Origin: Schmidtea nova
Lineage: Eukaryota
Direction: 5' to 3'
Assembly: GCA_044892505.1 (NCBI GenBank)
Contig: CM097884.1
Coordinates: 20,398,001 to 20,462,000, forward strand
Length of the DNA: 64,000 nucleotides
In this document: piece after piece, positions 33,870 through 47,438 of the stretch
Layout of the letters: the number at the start of each line of letters is the position of its first letter
Position numbering within the stretch: position 1 is the first letter of the stretch
Notes under the pieces: generated by a model
Seen by the model: the letters and a program-made list of their open reading frames with translations, nothing else
Databases searched by the model: none
What the model was told of the DNA's origin: nothing
Position numbers and translations under genes: made by a program

Positions 33870-34500
33870 TATTTGTTTAGATTATGTAAGAATGTAAAAA
33901 ACTCCTGTTGAATATTTAATACGTGACCCAGAGACTCATCGTGGTATGATTTATTATAAAAATAAGTGGTACGATCAGGGTAAATGTAGATTTTCAGATA
34001 ACATTGGAATAAAAATATTATGTTATCGACAGAATTTACAAGAGCTTCAACATTTATAATTAATACAGCCAAATTTCCTGAAATTGAAGTCATTAGAAAT
34101 CCCTCCTTTTTTGGTTATTGCAAAAGCTGTTGAACTTGCTAAAACAATAAATATTGCAGAAAACGAATTCAAGGCTTCATGGGATTACAATCAATGCAGT
34201 GGCTCAGGTAGGGTATGAGTCTCCCGGGGCGATCATTAAATGGCCGCCTCCATACATTTTCACAGAGCTGTTTACTCTTAAAACTAGAAAAGCTGCCCTG
34301 CTGTTGCAATTTTCCGAATTGAATTCGGAAAACTCTGTTATCTACAAATAATAGGTACCCTACCTCATCTATCTGTAACATAACCGTCGTTAAAAATAGG
34401 AAAAATTTGTCTTTCGTCGCTTCCATCGGTATCCACCTCTTTTTGTAATGAGGTAGCATAAAGCACATGGTCAACTCGAACAAAATAGGGAACATCTGAT
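33870..34500 (-). mobile_element. Possible piggyBac transposase relic
   Basis: RWIPMEATKDKFFLFLTTVML and YP....DESL resemble PGBD4-type motifs; heavily decayed. Confidence 0.35.
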
Positions 34501-35145
34501 GAAACTTTGACTTTACCTATTCTAAAAAATCAACCAAATTTTCGAGTAAGTTGAAAATATTTGTATCCATAGGAGCAGCATTTTATGAGTCAAAAATCAG
34601 CATTTCTTAAAATAATTGGTTATTGTTAAGCCCTTGCTATTTGTTTAAAATTATATAAATACTCACAATCATAATCTGTTTACTTCGATGTTTTAATGAA
34701 TTTTATGATGTCGTAAAGCAATATTCACATGAATGTTTTTACTTCATAGACGAAACAGAATTATTTTAGAAACTTCTTCCTCCATACACAATTCTTATGC
34801 CCCCAAAACAATTTATCAACTTAAGAGGTAAAGATAAATCAAAAGAAATCAATTATTACATAACATGACTGTGTTGGTGACTTCATTTTAGAAAAACAGT
34901 TTATTATACAAAATATTGACAATATCGAAAATGATTGACTTTAGGAATTTGGTAAATATTCATATAAACATTTCAGCAATTATAAATTTCTGAACGTATT
35001 AGTAAAAATATTTTATTTTGAAATTAGTATTTCGAAATAATAATAATAATAATAATAATCATTTGAAACAAACAATATGCATATCAACGTATATCAACTA
35101 TAAACATATTTCATGACAAATTGAAAATAAATAAATTGATCATAC

Positions 35146-35354
35146 TCCATGAACACCTTTTGGAAAAAACTTTTTTTTGGTATTCCAATTTGATAATTTA
35201 GATTCAGCCGCACCAGCGACAATAATAAAAATTGCAACTGCCGCAGTAAGAAAATTGAAAAATGTTGTGTATCTGGCCGATTCTTTAACGCCCGCTGCCA
35301 ATATCATTGTCACAGATATTGTTAGAATGAATCCCAACATATCAGGCAATGCAT
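35146..35354 (-). CDS. SLC7A14: SLC7A14/CAT-like exon 3
   Basis: ALPDMLGFILTISVTMILAAGVKESARYTTFFNF...FFPKGVHG; phase 1/0. Confidence 0.92.
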
Positions 35355-38097
35355 CTGTATTATTGTAAAATTTAATACAATAACAATACAATTCAATATA
35401 ATATAATAAAAAAACAATGCANNNNNNNNNNNNNNNNNNNNNNNNNNNNNNNNNNNNNNNNNNNNNNNNNNNNNNNNNNNNNNNNNNNNNNNNNNNNNNN
35501 NNNNNNNNNNNNNNNNNNNNNNNNNNNNNNNNNNNNNNNNNNNNNNNNNNNNNNNNNNNNNNNNNNNNNNNNNNNNNNNNNNNNNNNNNNNNNNNNNNNN
35601 NNNNNNNNNNNNNNNNNNNNNNNNNNNNNNNNNNNNNNNNNNNNNNNNNNNNNNNNNNNNNNNNNNNNNNNNNNNNNNNNNNNNNNNNNNNNNNNNNNNN
35701 NNNNNNNNNNNNNNNNNNNNNNNNNNNNNNNNNNNNNNNNNNNNNNNNNNNNNNNNNNNNNNNNNNNNNNNNNNNNNNNNNNNNNNNNNNNNNNNNNNNN
35801 NNNNNNNNNNNNNNNNNNNNNNNNNNNNNNNNNNNNNNNNNNNNNNNNNNNNNNNNNNNNNNNNNNNNNNNNNNNNATGTAATGTAACATAATATAATAT
35901 AACATAATATAATATAATATATCATAATATAATGTAAAGTGATATATTTTAATTTTTATATAATATAATATAATATAATACAGTTTTGCAATTGCAATTC
36001 AACATTTTGGAAATCATACTCGACAATAATGTTGAATTTGTATTAGAAAACCTGTATTATAGTGAAGTTAGAAATGGTAAGCCTTTCTCAGCGGTGTTAC
36101 TTTCTATGAAATATTTCGATCTTAAAAAGATTCTGATCACTCCAATGCGAAATTCTTTCCATTTAACTTATCAATTTTTCTTGTGTATTTTTCTTTCTGA
36201 AATCAGACTTCAGCTAAACTTAAGTGCATGATTCAAAGTAATCTCGTCAGTAGGGGAAAGTGAGGAGTTAGGCACAAGCCATTCATCACAGAAACCATGA
36301 ACCCCTCAAAAAAGAAGTTATACAGTAATGTGTATTCATTACGTTGTACTATATGTTTTATGTAATTGTTACATAATACTTTATACATTATGGAAACGTT
36401 ATGTTAGAAACGTTTGTTATGCGTTATACTTTATTTAACAAACAATACGTTTCATGTTACGTAATTTATTACATAACATGTTAAATACCATATACTCGAT
36501 TATATAATCCTTTATTCGTTATGCAATGGCTTAAAGATTACGTGAGTGATTATATAATACTAAAAAATTATTATTACCCTTATTTATTTTTATTTTTATT
36601 TTCAAAATTTTATCAAAAATTATTAAAATTATTAATTTTTTTCAAAATTTTTTTAAAATCTTAAAAATTAAGTAATATTTTCAACAAATACATGAATATG
36701 TTAAAGTCACAAACAAATTAGATGTATAAACGGTCGACTCCCACAAAAAATACTCGGAATTAAATATCTATTGTACCGATCTACTGAGAATTGAATGGCG
36801 AACAAAAAGGGTAAAAACGTAAAAACATGAAAAAATGGTCTCATCCAACGAAATTTTACACGTAAATAGGGAATTTCCAAAATTTTTTAAATGGTCAGAA
36901 TCAAATAATTTTTATACCAATCTACCGAGAATTGAATTGCGAACAAAAAAGGGTAAAAACATAAAAACGAAAAATTGAACTCATCCGACCAAATTTATTT
37001 ATCAAATCTTGTCTTTTCATTATAATTGTGTTGGTTAATTAAAATTTTAATAATAAGTATTTCATGTGATAAATTTATTACTAATTACTTAAGATCAATT
37101 AGTTTTTTATTAAAAAATAATTAATTTTTATTATCATAATTATTCTAAATTGATTTTGTTTTAATAATTGAAATTAAAATTAATTTTAAAATAATAATAA
37201 TAATTCACTGAAAAAAACTTTTTAAAGGGAAAATAAATAAATATTTTGGTTAATTTTTTATTTCCAATTATATTCAATTATATTCAGTAACGAGTATCAA
37301 AACCTTAGTAGCAGAACCTTGGTAGAAGAACCTCTTTTGTGATGGTTTTTATCCGCAAAAGCTTTATACTCATCCGATATTTTATGGATAAATAAGTGTG
37401 TGGGGGAGATTTATAAATCTCTTTTAAAAGAAACGATATACTTGGCCCCGTGAATTACACCATTTTGAATATGGATGTTAAACGGAATAGATCTCAATTT
37501 TGTTTTATTGAATGATTTAAAGACGATTGATCATGAACTAATGATAGATAAATATCTAAAGGGATAAAATCAAACTGATGGTAAAGTGTTTTAAATGATA
37601 AAACTTATAAAGAAAAAGTTAATTAGGATGGGTATTTCTTAAGGGTAAGATACTGAGTATTATTAAAATGAAATTATAAATGTAAAATATATTGAAAGGT
37701 AAGAATTCAGACGAGGAATTTTATTTAAAGAGTTATTTCTTATGGAAGATACATTCAGATTGGGGAATTATAAATGGGAAGTCAAGTAAAATGATGTTAA
37801 TCCTATAATTGAAAATTTTATTCAGAGTGATGATTTATTGGGGAAATTAACAATGAAAAATGAATTTATTGAAAATATTAATTTAATGGTTTTAATAAAT
37901 TACATTTAAATTGCTGATTTTTATGGAATGTGTTTATTTTCATCGAATTTATAAAAAATTACTTGTAGTCGATGTTCATTTTTTATCTAAAATAATGTAT
38001 CCAATTTAGATGTCAATAGTAACCAGTCAGCCAATCAAATTCAAGTATTTATCAAAAAAAATATTATAAATACCACATCTTTGAAAATATAAATCAA

Positions 38098-38556
38098 ATG
38101 TTGTGCAATATAAGTTATAAAGTAAATGTTTAGTTCGCGGCATGATATTCCCGGGCGGAAAACTCTAACAAGTTGTAGATAAAAGCGGAAAGTATCCCAT
38201 TGTATTTTTCAGACCAGGGAACTGTCGGATAATGGGGTGTAAACAACCGTTGGTAATTGTCAATTACAATCACTCACCGTAACTGTTGACATTTGATTGA
38301 GAATTGATTTAAATGAATTGACAAGAAAAACCAATTGTATTTATGAACCAGAAATATTCTCCGGTTTGATAGTGCTGAAATTTAATCATTATGTGTTAAT
38401 GTATTTACCAGTGGCAAAATAGTTATTCATGGAATAAAAACTTCAGAATATCATGCTTTGTTTGATGAAATTGTAAATTTCATAAAATCAATGATTATTG
38501 AGCCTATACTGATGACAGATGCAGAATTTGTAGAGTTTTTGCTTGATATTGAATAA
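38098..38556 (+). pseudogene. Intronless, divergent TATA-binding-protein-like gene inside the Polinton-type element
   Basis: Across 2 frameshifts: IVFFRPGNCRIMGCK, YEPEIFSGL and VNVFTSGKIVIHGIK, matching both TBP half-repeats (LIFSSGKMVCTGAK, YEPELFPGL, LIFVSGKVVLTGAK). Confidence 0.8.
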
Positions 38557-39846
38557 TTGTTTTTTAAAATATAAATTTCATTACAATTTGTTTGTTTTCA
38601 ATTAGAAATTATATTAGTTTTCCTGGAGACTTTTTATTATTTCAACTTTGAAATTCATGTTTAATTAATACTTTTGTTGTAACTTTTAATTAAAATAATA
38701 ATATTACAATGTAAATATTTTCTATTAAATTGTTTTCTTTTTTTTAAAACTTATATTTGTAATTCCTATTTAATTACTTCTATTATGGTTAAATAATTTC
38801 TATTTAAAATAATATTACTATGTAATTAATTTTTATTTTATTAATTTAATTTTTCATTTAATTGATTTCTTATTAAAATTTCTATTTTTAATTCTTATTT
38901 AGATATATCTTTATTAATTTTTAAAACGAATTATATTACTGTAAATAATCTCTATAAATTTTTAATTATTTTTAATATTTTATTCAAAGTAGTCAACTTT
39001 ATTCTAAAATTTGATATATTAATTTAAAATTTTTAAAATTAATTTTAAAATTTTAAAAATTTTGCATTTAACTAACAATTTAATTTAAAATTATCCTGAA
39101 TGTATTCGTAATTGATCCATTGTTTTCTTTTAAACTTATCCCTTTTTTAATTTTAAGAAATAAATTATCTATTTTCTTATAAGATTTATATCAATTTAAC
39201 TTTGATTGATGTTCACCATCTAGTTCATGAAAATATAGTAGTACCCAGTAAATAACATTTCTTATGTGATGGTTTTAGAGCATCGAATTTGTGTCAATTT
39301 CTAGTAATACTCATGTATTGAGAGAGTATATACTTGAATTTATAAAGTATCTAATTAGTTGTTTTGTTGGAACTAATTGCTAGTTATTTGATTAATAGTT
39401 GATTATTTAATTATTTGGTATTGATTGATTGATGGGTAGTTATTTTGTAACTGGTTATAAATTTGCAAAATTATCAATTCTATATTGAATGTAGTTATCT
39501 TTTAATTCGAATTTATTACATTTGTTTTCTTATTTAATGAATTTTATTTGATTTTTTAAAATTATTTTGTACAATGTCAATAACTTTATTTGATCTTTCA
39601 TTGAAAACTTACTCATTTTATTTTTTACTAACAAATAATTGTATAAGTGCAAACCAATTTTGTTTGATTTTGACCACTGAGTGTTGTTTTTATTAAATAA
39701 ATAATGTTTACATGTTTATTATAGGAAATTTAATTAAAAATATAATTAATTATTTAAGTACTAACTAAAAAACTTAATTTATTTAAAAATGTACAAAGAC
39801 ATTTATTAGTACGTGATTAGTTGATTGATAGGTAGTATATATTAAG

Positions 39847-41536
39847 AACAATGTTATTTTGATGACTAATTGAAAATTAGTGATTGTATAGAACTATTTT
39901 TTAGATTTTGATGGTAAGTTTATGTGTGTATAGTGAATTTATAGTTTATTGGTATCAGGTTAATGTGAAGAACTTGTTATTTAATGTGTATAAGTAGTTG
40001 GTTAGCGAGTACTTGATTTGTTTGTTAATTGATTTAGAGCTATTAGTTTGACAGTTCAATACCAAAATATAACCGTCATTACGCCTACAGAAATTTATTC
40101 CCGTGTGTATCAATATATTTTCAAGCGTTTAAGGTGTTATGCTTGGAATTTAAACTTTGGATTATAAAAATTATGTGGAAAATTTAATTAAAGAATTAAA
40201 TTTTGTTTGTATTAATTGTTAGTCCTTGATTGTAAAAATTTGAAAATGTGTTAAAGTAATAGTATTTTTAATTTTATATTAATTATTTTTTAGTTTATTT
40301 GTTCGAAGTAGTTCTCAAGAAGATCGAAGAACTATATCCAAAGGTTAAAAATAATCTCGATTATTGCGCCCCTGAGTTGTCGGTACACAAAATATACCAT
40401 TATATTGAGATCAATATTGAGGAGTTGCTCAAAATGCATTATGATATGGTGATTGGGGCCACATTTCCTAACATGATCACTAGTATTAGTCAGCCTATTT
40501 TAGCAGGCAATGCTCAAGAACTCGGGTGCAAAGATGACGGGCAGTCTCTCCTATGTATGTGGCATTGCACTCATTACATGAGAATAAATGCACGAGTTCA
40601 GAACACAAACCAAATGGCGTTGGACATTTATTAGTGAACATACTGCTAACTTTGCAAGACGTGAAAACAATCCTAGTTGGCGTTTATCTATTAATAATAA
40701 TAATTATTATTCATTCAATTTGTCAACCTTAACTAATTATTTATTTTCCTTTAGAATTTAAAACAATTCACATAATAATATTTTCAAAATATATAAGCAC
40801 ACAAGATTATCTTTTTCCAATAAGTGATATTTGATTAAAATTTTTCGCTAAAAAGTACAATTTTGAAAGAATTTTTCCAATAAGAGTCCATATTTTACTT
40901 TATTCAACTGACTGAATTTTCTAAACAATGTTATTTTGATGACTAATTGAAAATTAGTGATTGTATAGAACTATTTTTTAGTTTTTGATGGTAAGTTTAT
41001 GTGTGTATAGTGAATTTATAGTTTATTGGTATCAGGTTAATGTGAAGAACTTGTTATTTAATGTGTATAAGTAGTTGGTTAGCGAGTACTTGATTTGTTT
41101 GTTAATTGATTTAGAGCTATTAGTTTGACAGTTCAATACCAAAATATAACCGTCATTACGCCTACAGAAATTTATTCCCGTGTGTATCAATATAATTTCA
41201 AGCGTTTAAGGTGTTATGCTTGGAATTTAAACTTTGGATTATAAAAATTATGTGGAAAATTTAATTAAAGAATTAAATTTTGTTTGTATTAATTGTTAGT
41301 CCTTGATTGTAAAAATTTGAAAATGTGTTAAAGTAATAGTATTTTTAATTTTATATTAATTATTTTTTAGTTTATTTGTTCGAAGTAGTTCTCAAGAAGA
41401 TCGAAGAACTATATCCAAAGGTTAAAAATAATCTCGATTATTGCGCCCCTGAGTTGTCGGTACACAAAATATACCATTATATTGAGATCAATATTGAGGA
41501 GTTGCTCAAAATGCATTATGATATGGTGATTGGGGC
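39847..41536 (+). repeat. A-B-A duplication: 613-bp direct repeats (39847-40459, 40924-41536) flanking a 471-bp copy of 30519-30989
   Basis: About 2 differences seen between the A copies; B appears identical to its source; junction microhomologies GC and AACAA. Confidence 0.9.
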
Positions 41537-41639
41537 TGACATCAAGTGTGTTGAAAATTGCGTTGTATGTAAAGATTTAATGCGAGTTTCATGTACCAAT
41601 GAATGCGCTTGTTGCCATGACTTTAAACGACAACAATAA
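41376..41639 (+). CDS. Small ORF or exon with a Cys-rich C-terminus inside the Polinton-type element
   Basis: CVENCVVC...CTNECACCH; no ATG start (follows a TTTTAG acceptor-like site); a truncated duplicate lies at 40299-40459. Confidence 0.4.
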   Translation: MFEVVLKKIEELYPKVKNNLDYCAPELSVHKIYHYIEINIEELLKMHYDMVIGADIKCVENCVVCKDLMRVSCTNECACCHDFKRQQ

Positions 41640-44024
41640 GTACATATTTTGGTTACCAAAATGCGAAAGGCATACTATGATGACGTTTACAATACAAATT
41701 AATTGTCAAAGATTTTCTTGAATAAAGAATAATTTTTAAAATACATTGTTGTTTTTATCTTTTTTTATGAATTTTTATTGTTGGTCGTTAAATTGTGAGT
41801 ATTTTGGTATATAAATTATTGAATTCTAACCATTTTAAAAATTTTGGAAATTCCCCGAGTCGACCCTTTTAATGTCTAAAGTTTTGTCGGATGATACCAA
41901 TTTTTCATGTTTTTATTATTTTACCTTTTTATGTTCGCAATTCAATTCTCAGTAGATTGGTAAAAAATTATTTGATTCTGACCATTTTTTGATTTTTGTA
42001 AATTGTGGGAGACGACCGTTTTTACATGTAAAATTTGGTCGGATAAGTTTAATTTTCCATGTTTTTATGTTTTCACTCATTTTTGTTCGCAATTCAATTC
42101 TCAGTAGATTAGTATAAAAATTATTTGATTCTGACCATTTACAAAATTTTGGAAATTCACAAGTCGACCCTTTTTACGTGTAAAATTTGGTCGGATGAGA
42201 CCAATTTTTCATGTTTTTACGTTTTTACTTTTTTTGTTCGCCATTCAATTCTCAGTAGATTGGTATAAAAATTATTGAATGTTGAGCAAATTTTTATTTT
42301 TTGTCGGCGAAGAAAGATTTTTCATGATTTTACTTTTTGACCCATTTTTGTTTTCCATTCAATTCTCAGTAGATTAGTATAAAAATTATTGAATTCTAAG
42401 CATTTCTTTGATTTTGGGAAATTGTGGGAGTCGGCCTTTTTACATGTGAGTTGACCGTGGACTTTAACATATCCATGTATTTGTTGAAAAATTTAATTAA
42501 TTTTTAAGATTTTGAAAAAAACTTTGAAAAAAATAATAATTTTTGATAACATTTTGAAAATTAAAATAAAAATAATTTTCCCCACTGTTACACAATCAAT
42601 TGTGTAATGTTTAAGGTGTTATGTAATTTATATAATTTATCATAGAGGAATATATTATATATAAAGTATTGTGTAATAAATTGCACAATATGTAAAGTGC
42701 TATATATACATATATTACGTAAAGTACGACGCGATGGATTTGTAATGGTTTCGTAATATGTAAAGTGTTTTGTAACATTTACGTAACATATTAAGTGCTC
42801 CGTAACGATCGCACAAAACTACACAATTTCTTCTTTTGGGGGGTGCAGTCACGGTTTCTGGGATAAATGGCTTGTGCTAAACCGCTCACTATGCCCTACT
42901 CTCATCGATGATCCAGAATGATAAAACATTTTTGAGATTGTATAATTAAGAATATTTTATATATATTCTTTTTTTTTTAATTTAAAATACTGTTAATAAA
43001 ACACTTTAAATTATATTGTAGTGGTTAGTTTGATGGTTTGATCGAAATCTATATCAATTTTATATGAAACAACCCTAGCTAATAGTGATATGTGATTCTC
43101 GTAAGAAAATGCTACCACTGACATTCGATTCAGTCATCCGATTCTAAATATTCCTCAGTAACAACAACCATATAAGCAATCCGCAAAAATTATCAAATCC
43201 CAATAAACGAAATTTAGAATATTTTAATTGAAAATTTTAATGAAAAAACTTCATTAGAATTTCAATTCAATTTCCAACTTTTACTTTTATAAAAAAAACT
43301 ATTATAAAGCTTTATTTTGCGAAATAAATTTTTAAAGCTGTTTTTTAATTAATTTTTAAATTAATTTGACTTTTTTGTAAATAAGTGAATTGCACTTGAT
43401 ATCTTGTTTAAATATTGAAAAATTATGAGAAAATAAAATTTTATATGCTTTCGTTTTGATTTAGAAATTAAAGTGTAGTTATTTCAGTTATATAAATTTA
43501 ATAATTATTCATAATTGATATGATTTATTTTAATTCAAAATACAGCTAGTAAAACTCGTTTGGCTAATCTTTATATATTACATTTGATGATGAGGTGAAA
43601 CAAAAGGTAATTGGAGAAGTCTATTGCTCTTGTAACAGTAAGAGATGCGAAGTATACTAACTTTATAGAATTCAAAACATCCGAAATTGTTTATCAACTT
43701 TATGCGAGCTTAGGTTTCTGTATTTGTGAATTGCTGAACACATGTAGCTAAATATAACACATTTCTTAAAAAAGGAAAACGGCTTTTAGTTAAAATTTAC
43801 AGGCTAAACCAATTGAATTACACACTTGATAAAGGCTGTGCCGTGTAGAAGAAATTTGATCTATAGTCATACAATTATGAAAATTATTGATATGAATCGA
43901 ATTTAGCACCCGAAAATTAACAAAGTACAAATAAATTTGTTTTCTTAAAAAAATTTCATCAAATTTTGTTGAACAATGTTTTCATTAACGGCATTTTCAA
44001 CAAAAACTATAATTTTAAACATAC

Positions 44025-44261
44025 TAGTTAACGGGACACGACCAATCTGAGTCTCAGTGAAATTTGATATCCTGTGGTCTAACAAGTAATCTATTGCACC
44101 GCTAAGTGCCCGCGCATCTGCTGCTGTCCCGATCATGTATTCCAGGATCAAATTCCAGCCAATAATAAAGGCAATAAATTCCCCGACAGTATGATATGAA
44201 TAAGAATATGCAGAACCAGTAGTGCGAGGAACCCTTGATCCGAACTCTGCGTAACATAGAC
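44025..44261 (-). CDS. SLC7A14: SLC7A14/CAT-like exon 2
   Basis: [54 protein letters not shown]; the TTGSAY and GTAA.A.ALS motifs are SLC7A14-like. Confidence 0.95.
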
Positions 44262-45327
44262 CTAAAACAAAAATTCAAATTATTGCATGAAACTTAATTA
44301 TTAATTCTCTTATTTGTTAAATATCACTGTAACAATATATTTTATAACAATCCTTATAATACGGAACGGTAGAAAACATTAGATTATGTAAATTAGATTA
44401 TGAATAAATTGATAAATTCTTTTTTTCAAAACCAAAGCGATATTCAGAACATTTAAGAGATATTACTCAAATTAAATCCATTTATTTGTGAAAGTAGACG
44501 ACATAAAAATTTATCCTAAATGATTTATCATTGACATATTTTCATCTGTACATCGGGTTTAGCTTTCAAGTGTACTTTCATGATGATTATTGTTATTTCT
44601 ATAGTTTGAGGGAACCACATTTTAAGGGCGACAAAGCCTTAGATACTTTAATATTTTATGAAGCGATAAACAAGCGATAATTATATAAATAATGTATTCA
44701 TAGATCATTTTTCAAATGCAAACATTTTATATTGAAATAAATATTAATAGATGATTTCCATATCTTTAAATGGCATAGCCCTAAAAATAAGCACGAAGGA
44801 TACAATTTAATGTAATTTAAATACAATCACAAACAAAAATTGTGATTTTGGTAGACTTTTCATATAATTAAAAAAAATAAATATCATTCAATTATTAATT
44901 TCACTCACGTAGGTATTGGACATGACACNNNNNNNNNNNNNNNNNNNNNNNNNNNNNNNNNNNNNNNNNNNNNNNNNNNNNNNNNNNNNNNNNNNNNNNN
45001 NNNNNNNNNNNNNNNNNNNNNNNNNNNNNNNNNNNNNNNNNNNNNNNNNNNNNNNNNNNNNTCTAGAAAATTATTAGTTTAATCGCATTAAATAATATTA
45101 TTATGAACTGCAATTAGGTAATAACACTTTCGAAGGTACAATCATATTTAGAATAATAAATAATAACAAATCATATATGATAATAAAATTATGTACACAA
45201 ATAAATAAAAAATTTATTATAAATAAAAAACTTGTCCTTGACGCTTTTATATATTTCTTTAATTATAGATTGAGTAACAAATATACTCTGAATAAATAAA
45301 AGTTAAAAACAAGACAACGACATAAAA

Positions 45328-47438
45328 TTAGTGAGAAGTATGACTTGGTTTTTGAGAGACTAATGCTTCGATATTTGGTTCTATGGAACTAACAGCAATT
45401 CTCACTGAGTTCTTAAGGTGCTCATCAGATAATTTACTTCGAGTTTTATTCTTCATATGCTTCATTCTTGAAAAAGATTGCTTAAAAATATACGTACTTC
45501 CAAAAAGCGATGACATAAATATGGCATGGTTGTGAAACGAAGGATATCTTTCTCTAGAAAGATATTTCTTATAGTCCAGTAAAGGCACATTATTAATTTT
45601 TTCTCTAAGTTGAATATCAGCTTGTAACTCTATGCACTCCATTTGGAAATTAGTAGGTGTAATGTTTATGTCGGCTGAAAATGGAGTCGCGAATATAATA
45701 AAATTTTGCTCATTTTTTCGGAAATCTTGAAATCTGCTTTCAAATTCGCGTATCAAATCATCAAGCAAGGCTGCATATTTATCGTTGTTTACAGGGCGGT
45801 GCTGATCCGACGTTTTAAAATGTATAAATTGTTTGCCTTGATTTGAGATTGACACAGATTCAGTTTTTTTCAAACGATGTTATATTTTGAAAAATTTTAC
45901 TGATCAGTTGATTTTTACCTTGAAGACGCATGTTTAAATTATTTAAAGGAGAGGTTAAATTTACTAAAACTACCAAATCTGTGAGCCAGTTTTTATCGCC
46001 AAGCTTTGGCACAAATTTTGTTTTTGGTTCCATAAATGACTTTATTTCATTTCGTAAATCATAAAATCTTGTGAGCATTTTACCTCGACTTAACCATCTC
46101 GCTTCCCTATAGTCAGCGTCCATATTTTTAAGAAATTCCTGGAATTGGCGATAATTTAAACCCTTATTTTTTTATAAAGTTTACACACCTGATGACATCC
46201 CACATTACGTTACCCATCTTTAAAGCTTGTGCGCATCAATTTTCTTGGTATACTATGCAGTAATATTTCATCATTAGTAAATTTTTGGAAACAATTGCAT
46301 CGTCTTCTATTAATTTAACAAGTCCGTTTGTTTTACCTATCATCGCCAGGGCACCATCAGTAGCTGTACCAGATATGTTCCGAAGGGACAAAGAGAATCG
46401 CTTCAACGTATTTTTCACTGCTTCGTATAAATATCTTGATTTAGTTGTGTCTTTAATTGGCCATAAAGAAGCCATTTCTTCATTGATATTATATTCATTA
46501 TCAATACCTCTAATAAAAATTGCCAATTGAGCTGTATCAGTAGCATCAGTACTTTCGTCCACCGCCAAAGCATAAAATTTAAAATAAGTAACTTTATTCT
46601 CCAAACTTTTTTTATAGAATTTCCTATTTCAGCAATTCGTCTGGCTATGATTTGGTGCGATAAACTGATTTTGAAAAAAATCCTCTTTTCTTTCAGGGCA
46701 AATTATATAATTGTCACTTTCTCCATACAAATCTTAATAACTCACAATCGACATATGGTTTTGATTTTTTGGCAATCAAGTTCGCAATCACATAGCTAGT
46801 TTTTTACAATAGAATCGGTTTGAGTTGTTACGCTTTTAAAATTTTTTTTTGTTCAGGTAATGGACTTTTTTCAGTTCCACGATATTATCTTTACGACATA
46901 TTTCTTGATACACACTAAATTTCGTATCATGCTTTGTCGTGTAATGTCTTTTTAAATTGTAGTCTTTGAAAACTGGCACAGTATCCCTAAAAATCAAGCA
47001 AAGGGCGCTATTATTTGCTTCGACAAAAAGTATTCATCAGTCCACTTTTCATTGAATAATCTTTCCTTTTTGTTAATTTTTCTTCTTTCTGCATTAGTTT
47101 TCTCTTAAGACATTTTGAAACCTAGATTTGAATTAAAAAGAAAATAGATGTTAAATTAAAATACAATGATTTATATTATAAATTTCTATTTGATTATAAA
47201 TTTTATAAGTTTGAATAAACACAATTATTTTAAAACGATTTTATGAATCTCTCATCGCTAAAGAAAGTTACTAATTAAAAAATTCGTAGCTTTAAAATAA
47301 GTAGCATAAGAAAATTTTATATAAAAAGACATTAATAATATTTTAAAAACTAATAAAGTTCGTAAGTTTACAAATGTGTTTTGGGCCACATTTACAGCAG
47401 TGCTGGGCCACATACGGCCCGTGGGTTGGACAAGCCTG
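45328..47438 (-). mobile_element. hAT-Charlie/SPIN (GTF2IRD2-like) transposon, decayed transposase 45328-47113
   Basis: LAVDESTDATDTAQLAIFIRG, EARWLSRGKML and LFGSTY..SFSRMK; 5' end CAGGCTTGTCCAAC at 47438; the 3' TIR was not seen (gap at 44929-45061). Confidence 0.9.

Larger units (their letters stand above)
36249..42900. mobile_element. Decayed Maverick/Polinton-type element (6.65 kb)
   Basis: AGTAG termini; long degenerate TIRs (~36249-37010 and ~41830-42900) containing ~150-bp subrepeats; near-perfect 6-bp TSD CTCGTC/CTCATC; internal gene relics; no polB or integrase found. Confidence 0.7.
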
